DNA from: Squalus acanthias | Lineage: Eukaryota | Assembly (NCBI GenBank): GCA_030390025.1 | Contig: JASTWF010000033.1 | Location: forward strand, 5,024,001 to 5,088,000 | Length of the DNA: 64,000 bases | Direction: 5' to 3' | Part shown: one piece after another, positions 48,928 through 58,089 of the stretch | How positions within the stretch are numbered: the first letter of the stretch is position 1 | How the letters are laid out: each line of letters begins with the position of its first letter | Notes under the pieces: model-generated | The model's database searches: none | Seen by the model: only the letters and a program-made list of their open reading frames with translations | Told to the model about the DNA's origin: nothing | Program-made: the position numbers and the translations under genes

Positions 48928-50583
48928 TTAGGCATCCCGCCCCGCTTGCAGTGGCCAGCTGCTAGGTTGTGAGCACCTAGTGCGTTTAGAGCTAAATAAT
49001 TCCTTCGTCTTGCACACGTTTGAGCAGCTTACTCTGTTCCTTAACTTCGCCTTTGCCCTGGTTTTGTTTCTACGTTTCGACCAAGCAGCACAAGTCATTC
49101 TAAGCCAACCTAATGTTAATATTAATTGTAGCGCTGCCAGTACATGAGAGATGATGCGGATCCAAGGGTGGATATCTACCTTCAAGCCCCAGTTCCAGGC
49201 TGTTTCATACCACGGGATCTTACGGAGCTCGGTTTCGATCTGCTTGTCAAGTTAACTCTTGTTTTAGGAGATGGGACCATTTTATGTTCTCGCGTGGACG
49301 GTGCCGAAGCTTCTTCAGATCTTCTGGGAGATGCGGGGTATTCCTCGTATAGCCCCAGGCCGCTCTTAACTGGTAGGCTGGGGGTGAAGCAGAATTTAGG
49401 GTTCGTGATATTACATGTCAGGCCACCATAATCGTACATCCGTTGGTTTGTCGTCACGCAGTACTCGTCCTTTCCCCGGTAGGCAGCGTGGGTCGGTTCA
49501 GATTCCGCTGGGCTTATTTCCAGCACACATCCCACAGTCTGATTGAACCCGCACCCATCCTTACTACCTTGCCCCAGCGGGTGTGAGCAGATCGTGAGGC
49601 TTCCTTCCCTGCGGCACCCAATCAATGAGACCCTTCTCATGGTTCCGTTTCTTTTGATCGTGTATTGATCCATTGGGTAATACCGCAGGTAATCCCTTCC
49701 CCTGATCAGTCCTATGTTCTCCACCTCGGACTGCGGTATGGTTTTGCATCTCCAGTCATTACCGGGATCATTAGCACCAAACCTATCAGCGAGGTGTGAG
49801 ACTCAGTGCATCCACCCGGCACAGGGTAGACCCTTGTCATGCCCTTTAATGTACAGCCATCCAGTGATGCTGGGTGCTGTGCCAACTGCAGTAGGTGGGT
49901 ACTATTGATCCAATCGGGGGCCCTGCCTGTCTGCATCTGGTCCAGGTTGTGTCGGACTTGTCCTATCATCCATCCCCCATATGCTGCCCCAAGTCTACTC
50001 CCGTCCGGACGTCCCCCGTGTGCCTCTGGAGCAAAATCCGCACAGTCTCTTTAAGACTCTCGGAGCTTGCTTTCACGGGTTGGATATTCAGGGCATTTAT
50101 AAGGGACGTGCCGGTATTTACGCCAGTCAACACGTCATTGACTAAACCTTGCTTATGTTGGAGGAACCCTGTGTGTCGAGGCACCGCATATAGTTAACGC
50201 TCGGCCACATGTTTCTATAGGCATGTAGTATCTGTGGCATCCCTGGTAGATACCTGAACTTAATCCACATACATCTCTGATGTGGCCGCCCATACCCTCT
50301 CACTACCACATTCAATACACAAGGTCCTATTGTACTTTAACTCAACGCCCAATATCGTGGGTTGGGTTCCCTTACACCCACAAAATGTTCGGCCCGTTCC
50401 GGGAATTGGTGCCCTTCTGCCGGAATATACCCGTCAGATATACTCTCATCTGACGAGGAACTGTCGGTAATTCTGATCTCCCTGGTGCTCTGTATGTTCG
50501 CGATTTCTCAGAACGTCTCCTGTTCCTACGGCGTCTAGTAGTGTCCCCAGTACTGTCAGGATCGTGGTGTATAGAGGCAACAT
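48928..50583 (-). pseudogene. env: env pseudogene (signal peptide, early cleavage site and fusion peptide, Cys-rich ectodomain, TM)
   Basis: MLPLYTTILTVLGTLL at 50583; QHKQ|GLVNDVLTGVNTGTSLINALNI at ~50160; Cys-rich ORF 49182-49724; WNWGLKVDIHPWIRIISHVLAALQLILTLGW TM region. Confidence 0.8.
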
Positions 50584-50970
50584 TCTGTGGGTAGAACTTA
50601 GGGTGGGTGCCTCGAGTGTCTGTCGTCCAAGGCCAAAGTTACCTGTAACTTAAGCAGAAATCTGGTCGTCACCAGATGTTAGTTTATCTCCGATGTTTAT
50701 TCCATTGTTCCTGTGGGATTTAAAGTCAGCTGCGTTATTGTTGTATCGTTTTAATTGGGTCCCATGTTTCCACCGACCCTTTCCCCTCTTATCTATGCAT
50801 GCGCACGTGTCCCCGCTTATTTAGACCTCGTCCACTGAGGGGCAAACCCCGTTCGCCCGGGCAGACCCTTAACCATAACCTTCTCTCCTAGTGGTGGCAC
50901 GCTGCCAGACACCCCGTATCCTGGTTTTGGTCTGCACCACTCTTGTTGTTCCCTTACCTCCTGTCGTAAT

Positions 50971-51396
50971 TAAACATAGAAACTAGGAGCAGGAGCAGGC
51001 CATTCGAGCCTGCTCCACCATTCAATACGATCATGGCTGATCATCCAAATGCAGTACCCTGTCCCTGCTTTCTCACACAGAATCCCCATCGAGCGTGCAC
51101 CAACACATATCCCACCCTATCCCCGTAACCCCACGTATTTAATTCCCCCTAACATATCCCATCCTATCCCCGTAACCCCACATATTTAATCCCCCCCTAA
51201 CACTAAGGGTCAATTTATCATAGCCAAATCAACCTAACCCGCACATTTTTGGACTGTGGGAGGAAACCGGAGCACCCGGAGGAAACCCACGTAGACACGG
51301 GGAGAATGTGCAAACTCCACACAGACAGTCGCCCGAGGCCAGATTCGAACCCGGGTCCCTGGCGCTGTGAGGCACCAGTGCTAACCACTATGCCAC
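50971..51396 (-). mobile_element. tRNA-headed HE1/V-SINE-like SINE with CR1-type 3' tail, flanked by CGTAAT
   Basis: Reverse complement GGTGGCATAGTGGTTAGCACTGG..GACCCGGGTTCGAAT..TGTGTGGAGTTTGCACATTCTCCCCGTG..GGGTTTCCTCCGGGTGCTCCGGTTTCCTCCCAC. Confidence 0.88.
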
Positions 51397-51484
51397 CGTA
51401 ATCCTTTTAGTAGTATACTCAATTCCATTACATACCGTCGGATTGGTCCCTTAGTGGGCCAAGATCTGATCCTCCCGTTACTAT

Positions 51485-52559
51485 TCATTCCGGTAATTTC
51501 ACAGCTCGCCCTGTCATCAGCTCATAGGGGGTTAGCCCCGTAGTCCCGTTAGGGGTTGCACGCAACCTCATGAGGATGGTGGACAGCAATTCCGACCAGG
51601 ATTGACCTGTCTCCTGTATAGCTTTGGCCAATGATATTTTCAACGTACTATTCATCCTCTCTACCATTCCCGAACTCTGGGGGTGGGAGGGGATGTGGAA
51701 CGTCTGTTTAATACCCATCATTGTACACAATTCTTTGATTACATTTCCGGTAAAGTCTGTCCCTTGATCCGAGTCAATTTGTGCAGGGATTCCCCAACGG
51801 GGAATCACATCGTCTTCCAATATTTTTGGCACAGTGATGGCGGTGAAATTGCCGGTAGCAAATGTTTCCACCCACCGTGTGAACTGAACAATCATCACTG
51901 GACATTATTTCTTCCCCCGAGAGCTGAGTAGTTGCCCAGTAAAATCGATCTGTAAATTCTCCCACGGGCCCCAAGGACGTGGTTGATGCGACAGTCGTAT
52001 CTTCACTGCTTTCCCCGGATTATGCTGGGCACATATCACACATCGGTGACAGTACTCGGCTATCCACCGGCCACCACGAGGCCCGGACAAAACTTGTGGT
52101 AACGGCGGTTCTTCCCCGATGATCGACTCCGTGGTGTAGCTCTATTAGCATAAGTCGTATGCATTCGGGGGCTATTACATGGCCGTCCTTTCGCCATACA
52201 GAGTTCGGACCCTGGGTCCCGCCCTTCTCTTTCCACTCTTTCTTCTCCCTATGGTTGGCATCGGCTTGCAATTTCGCAACGTCTATACTATCTTCTCCGA
52301 GGGTCAAATCTCCCACGGCCTCATCCATGGAAGTCTGGGTCTCCGCCGCACCACGTGCGGGGATGTCTGCTGCCTCATTTCCCTTCAGCACCTCGTTTTC
52401 CATCTTCTGGTGAGCCTTTAGTTTGATGACTGCTGCTTGGGCAGGTTTACTAGCAGCATCCAATAGCAGCGTAATTCGGCCTTCATGTTTGATAGCCTCC
52501 CCTCCTGAGGTGACAAATCCTCGTCTGCCCCAGGCGGTCATGTGATCGTGTACTCCCAA
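51485..52559 (-). pseudogene. pol: pol remnant: RNase H C-terminus + integrase (frameshifted)
   Basis: KLKAH..GNEAAD (RNase H); HHGVDH/CHRCVIC zinc finger; LQIDF, IDSDQGTDF, HPQSSGMVERMN (DDE core). Confidence 0.92.
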
Positions 52560-54082
52560 AAATTGGTAACGGGTTGCTCAACGCCGTTTGTACTACCTGT
52601 TTAAAATCATTATAATCTGTTGTTCGATCGGCCAGCGTGGCTCCCAGTTCCGGGACACAGGTCTGGTTCTTTATGTCATCCGCCAATGTGTTCCAGATGT
52701 CCCGGGGGCACTTGGCCCGGACGAGTTGGTGAACATCGCGTTCGAACATATTGGCCCAGAAATTGATCCGGCTGCGCGAGAGTACGCACAGTGTACACTC
52801 ACGCAGCCAGACTTCAATTGCCGGTTTTCAGCATGCACTGCGCATGCACTGAAAACCGGCAATTGATCTTTCGAAAAGGGGGCGGGTCCTCAGTGCACCG
52901 CGTGCGCGCTACAGGCTGCGCGCACGCAGTGCACTTCATCGCTTGCGCACGCAGGTAAGTATTGAAGAATCTGGAAAAGAAAAAAGGAAGCGCAGGAGAC
53001 TCTTTTAACCAGGTAAGTACATAATTAAGTAGTATTTAGAATTTTTTTTTACAGGTAAATCTTTAGTAGCGACTTTAAAGACAGGTAAGTTTATTTTTAT
53101 AACATTTTAAAAGATTTAAAATTTTTTCAAAAATTTATTTTTTTGTTTAAAAAGGTTAATTTATTTAATTACACTTATTTTAATTATGTGATGGGTTTTT
53201 TTTTAATTTAATGGAGGTTTAGCTCTTCTTTTGGGGGCTTGTTGTATTCCTAGTTTTCACAGCAGTTCAATGGCCGCTGTGAATTCTATGAATGAGAGCT
53301 TGGTGTGCTGCCATTGGCTGTAACTCAGTCACGTGATCCCACAGTACGCTCGAACTAACTTCGCACTGTGGGATCACGATGCACTCGCAGCTGATGGCTG
53401 GAACATGAAGTTCCAGCGAGCTGGGACTGAAAAAGCCAACGCGCAGTGAGACATCGCGGGAAGGGCTTACCCTCGCACGAACCCTCACACTGCAATTTCT
53501 GGGCCATTATGTATGTCGTACATTTCTTCTAACGTTCGCCAAAAGTCGGTATTGCCGTGTCTGGGATTCAATGAGGGCAAGTCTTTCAAAATGGATTGTT
53601 TCTCGCCCGGGATGAATGCCTGATACGACAATAACCCCCCCGGGGTGATATCTCCCTGGGAGTTCGGAGGCCGACTTCGGGCCTCAAGTGGGGCCGCAAA
53701 CACAGCAGCCGACTCTAATTCTGGAGCCGTCACCATTCCATATGGTGGCGAGTCGTCTCCGTTATCGGTATCATGTCCGGCAGACCAGGTACCGGCCCAA
53801 ACCTACTAGTCTGTTGCCGTTCATTTTGATGGAATAGTTTGAGCTCCTACAATTTTGAATGCATTTTCTTCATTAAATCAACGATATTGCCAAGTTATCA
53901 AGAGTCCTGCCTTGTCACACCTTTCCTTTGATTGCGTCTGCCAACAAACCTTCTGTTTGGCGGGATCCACAGATGGGTCCCACCCATCCTTTTTCATTTT
54001 AATAATTATTTTTTATTTTTCTCCGCGAAAAACTTAGTTCGAGACCCTTCTGGTCCCACTTTTCTTCCATAAAATTAGCCAT
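52560..54082 (-). pseudogene. gag: gag remnant interrupted by a MITE
   Basis: ATG at 54082 after the leader; ORFs 53485-53736 and 52483-52749 join in frame (EEMYDIHN-MFERDVHQLV) once the MITE and one TSD are removed; position between PBS and pol. Confidence 0.72.
52753..53505. mobile_element. MITE (same family as 17599-18360), TSD ATT
   Basis: Perfect TIR GGCCCAGAAATTG / CAATTTCTGGGCC; ATT at 52750-52752 and 53506-53508. Confidence 0.9.
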
Positions 54083-54170
54083 ATCCCCACTATGGTATTA
54101 CCTTTTAAATACCCACAGTCCCACTGAGGTATTATCATTTAAATAAATATAGATTATTTTAGTCCCCAAT

Positions 54171-54991
54171 ATGGATAAATGCGAGGTTATCTACTTTGGT
54201 GGCAAAACAGGAAGACAGATTATTATCTGAACGGCAATAGATTGGGAAAAGGGGAAGTGCAACGAGACCTGGGAGTCCTTGTGCACCAGTCGCTGAAGGT
54301 AAGCATGCAGGTGCAGCTGGCAGTTAAGAAGGCAAATGGTATGTTGGCCTTTATAGCGCGAGGATTCGAGTACAGGAGCAAGGATGTCTTGCTGCAGTTG
54401 TACAGGGCCTTGGTGAGATCACACCTTGAGTATTGTGTGCAGTTTTGATCGCTTTAGCTGAGGAAGGATGTTCTTGCCATGGAGGGAGTGCAGCGAAGAT
54501 TCACCAGACTGATAACTGGGATGGCAGGAAGGATGTGTGAAGAGAGATTGGGGTCGATTAGGCTTATATTCGCTAGTTTTTAGAAGAATGAGAGGGGATC
54601 TCATTGAAACTTATAAAATTCTAACAGGACTAGACAGACTAGATCCAGGAAGGATGTTCCCGATGGCGGTGGAGTCCAGAACCAACGATCACAGTCTAAG
54701 GATAAGGGGTAAGCCATTTAAGACTGAGATGAGGAGGAATTTATTCACCCGGTGTGTGGTGAACCTGTGGAATTCTCTACCACAGAAGGCAGTTGAGGCC
54801 AATTAATTTAATATATTCAAGAAGGAGTTAGATATATTTCTTAATGCTAAAGGGATCAAGGGATATGGGGAGAAATCAGGTACAGGGTACTGAATTTGGA
54901 TGATCAGCCATGATCTCATTAAATGGCGGAACAGGCTCGAGGGGCCGAATGGCCTACTCCTGCTCCCATCTTCTATGTTTCTATGTTTCTA
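54171..54991 (+). mobile_element. CR1 3' fragment inserted in the proviral leader
   Basis: ORFs 54179-54448 and 54537-54806; (TTCTATGT)n tail. Confidence 0.93.
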
Positions 54992-55293
54992 TCCTATTCC
55001 TTAGAAGCAGCTACAGTCCCACTGTGGTCTTACCTTTCAAATGCCCACAGTCCCACTGGGTTCTTATCTTTTATATAAATAGATACTCTATTACTCCCCA
55101 ATCCTCTTCCTTAGAAGCAGCCACAGTCCCGCTGGGGTCTTACCTTTTAAGATCTTTTAATTTGTCCTCAGACTTTTTACTTCATTCGAATCCCCCGGCG
55201 GAATGACACTTAACGGCACAGATTTTACAGTGGTATTTTATCGTACTCACTATGTGATGGTCCGCCTCAGTCAGTAGTTTGTCCTCCGGGTGG

Positions 55294-55311
55294 ATCCTGC
55301 TGACTACGCCA
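55294..55311 (-). promoter_or_regulatory. Primer binding site, tRNA-Ser
   Basis: TGGCGTAGTCAGCAGGAT, 2 nt inside the 5' LTR boundary; complementary to the tRNA-Ser 3' end ATCCTGCCGACTACG-CCA with one mismatch. Confidence 0.88.
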
Positions 55312-55313
55312 AT

Positions 55314-55862
55314 TGAAGTGGAATATTTATTCAACACTCGACACAAGTCTGCCAGGTACAAATCAAAAGTCTTTATTACACCGGTGGGGAGACAATCTCT
55401 TACTGGCGCACCAGCAGACTTCTCCGAATTGATACAGTAAGCGTTACATATTTATGCTTTCAAAAGTCGTGGTAACCTCTTGCATAATCCGTTGCACTAT
55501 TTTAACTGGCCTAAGGCCCGTCTGCACAGTTGCTGATTGGCTAATTCCCTATCTCGCGTCACACAGCCTTCCGCCTATACTTTATTGTCACGTGACCTTT
55601 ATGATTTCATCTGTTGTTATGTTTTGTAATCTTTAGTATAACCACATGTCTGCATTTCTGTCTTGCTGTGCCCCGTGTGGTTTTAATTATCTCTAGGTTC
55701 CATGGTTTGTGATTGGTGCTTCTGAGCTAATTTAATCTAATCAGGCAAAAGCATCGAGACCAATTGGTCAGCATGTCTGAACTGTCTCCGCCGGTCTCTG
55801 TCTGGTGTGCAAGCTGCATTGTTAACCCCTTAATTTCTGAAGGGCGCCGATGCCCAACTTCA
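55314..55862 (-). repeat. 5' LTR
   Basis: TGAAGTGG...CAACTTCA termini; direct repeat of 48326-48867. Confidence 0.93.
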
Positions 55863-56115
55863 CACCCACAGTGCCGTGAACTTGGCTCTGGCTGCATTCC
55901 CCAGATGAACCATCAGTTTCACCGTTACCCAACACAGAAAAACAGTTGTTGAGTGAGATGCACTCTGGGGCTTTTCTGACTACCTGCCTGCCCAACTTCT
56001 TCTGACTGGTGGTCACACATTCCCTCTCTGACTGCACTTTTTTAAGCTGCGCGGAGACCACGTCTGAAAACGTGCAATCCACATAACTCTCAGCCTCGCG
56101 GATACACCGCACTGT
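55863..56115 (-). mobile_element. CR1 ORF1 fragment
   Basis: IREAESYVD..RQVVRKAPECISLNNCFSVL..GSSGECSQSQVHG, similar to 16790-16930. Confidence 0.8.
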
Positions 56116-56116
56116 C

Positions 56117-56287
56117 AGGGACAGAGGGAGATAGAGAGAGACAGGGACAAAGGGCGATAGAGAGAGAAACAGCGGGAGAGAAGGACAGAGAGAGATAGAG
56201 AGAGAGAGACAGGGACAAAGGGCGATAGAGAGAGAAACAGTGGGAGAGAAGGTCGGAGGGAGAGAGACACACAGCGAGAGAGAAAGG
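56117..56287. repeat. GA-rich simple repeat with an internal duplication
   Basis: (GA)n-like tract; AGGGACAAAGGGCGATAGAGAGAGAAACAG occurs twice. Confidence 0.85.
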
Positions 56288-57232
56288 TGAGGGTCCAGGC
56301 GCGAGTATTCTGTTACCGGGGACTGAGCAGCGGCCGCACTTAGGAACAACACAGGTGGAGGTGCAGCACATGTACAATGGCCGCGGGAAGGAGGTGAATT
56401 TTTTTTTTTAATTCGGAAAATTGTTTAAAGCCGGAAAAAGTACGGCAAAATGAAGTTGAATGTCCCGCGGTAAGTTCCAGTTAAATTTTGCGAGATGTTG
56501 TCCCCTATTTGAAAGAGTTTATCAGTTTTATTTAAATGATGTTATGAGAGAGAAAAAAAGATTGTGCCCCCGTTTGTACCTCTAATTCTGTGAAAGATGA
56601 AGGGAACGGCAGCAGAAATAGAGGAAACAACTTCTCCAGAACTGATCCCAATTCATCGCCAGGGCTGGGGAGAGAAAACCTTCTTAGGAAGTTTAATCAC
56701 TCGATTCACTTTCTTATTTGAGCTCCGTTTGGAATTCGAGTTTAATTTATTTATTTGTTGTATGATTAACTACAGCATTGAAGAGGGAAAGAGAAACTTG
56801 AATAACTTCTTCTTTCAAAGCTGCAACGAGACGAGGAATAATTTAATGAACTTTTTTAAATAAATGAATGTTAAAAACACTTTTATCCCCCTAAGCTTCG
56901 AATATGATTTTGGAAGAAATAAGCAAAAATCAATTTTCCCCACATCTAAACAATTTTCAACCTGGTCTTGAATTGTGAACGCTTTTAATGAGGCTCTGAA
57001 TTGCTTAAAACTTTTTTAAATTGAAATTACTCAGTATTTGATGTTGAACGATCGACTGAAGTGAGTAGCTTCACACAAACATGCAACCATGCTGTTGAGA
57101 AGGGGAAGGACAGGGGAGGATTTGGGGGAGTTACATACTACTTCTTATTGACTTTTTAAAAATATAATTAAGACGGTTAGAAAGAGGACCAAAAAAGGGG
57201 GAAAACACAACAATTATATTTTACATAATATA

Positions 57233-57625
57233 AAAACAGAAAATTCTGGAAATACTCAGCAGGTCAGGCAGCATCTGTGGAGAGAGAGAGAGAGTTAACG
57301 TTTCAGGTCTGTGACCTTTCGTCAGAACTGGACAAAGTTAGAGATGTAACAGATTTTAACCAGCTGCAGAGGAAGGGAAAGGCGGGATTGGAGGATCGGA
57401 CAAAAGGGATGGTCTGTGATATGGTGGCAGGCAGGAGTGGTTAAATCCGGCCTCTGCACCTGGTTAAAATCTGTTACATCTCTAACATTTTCCAGTTCGG
57501 ACGAAAGGTCACAGACCTGAAACGTTAACTCTCTTTCTCTCTCTCTCCACAGATGCTGCCTGGCCTGCTGAATATTCCCGCATTTTCTGTTTATATTTCA
57601 GGTTCCAGCATCTGCTGTATTTTGC
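57233..57625. mobile_element. Fold-back Penelope-terminus element (inverted arms ~140 bp)
   Basis: 57233-57371 is the reverse complement of ~57451-57591; both arms match the Penelope ends at 7110 and 27310. Confidence 0.88.
57291..57331 (-). ncRNA. Minimal type I hammerhead ribozyme motif (Penelope type)
   Basis: AGTT-CTGACGA-A-AGGTC-ACA-GACCT-GAAA-CG-TT-AACT: intact core, stem II hairpin, palindromic ACGT stem III. Confidence 0.7.
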
Positions 57626-58089
57626 TACTGTGAACGATATCAGGAAGATATCAATAAATTGGTCAGGTGGGCAGAACAGTGGCAAATGGAATTCAATCCG
57701 GAGAAGTGTGAGGTAATGCATTTGGGGAGGTTTAACAAGTAAAGGGAATACACATTAAATGGTAGGATATTGAGTAGTGTAGAGGAACAAAGGGACGTTG
57801 GAGTGCATGTCCACAGATCCCTGAAGGTAGCAGGCCAGGTAGATAAGGTGGTTAAGAACATAAGAACATAAGAACATAAGAAATAGGAGCAGGAGTAGGC
57901 CCCTCGAGCCTGCTCCGCCATTCAATGAGATCATGGCTGATCTGATCCTAACCGCCAATCTACTATCTATCACAGAACCATCTCCTGCATCTAACAGAAA
58001 TACACACACGAAATAGGAGCAGAATCAGGCTACACAGTCCCTGGGCCCGCTCCACTACCCACAGGGCCATGACCGATCCGAACCTAGAC

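Larger units (their letters stand above)
48326..55862 (-). mobile_element. Defective endogenous retrovirus-like provirus (LTR-gag-[pro/RT deleted]-RNaseH-IN-env-LTR)
   Basis: Two ~545-bp LTRs, PBS, PPT, integrase and env remnants in the expected order on the minus strand. Confidence 0.93.

Noticed and set aside
55822..56377. ORFs with SLSL runs
   Set aside because: GA microsatellite fused to a CR1 ORF1 fragment.
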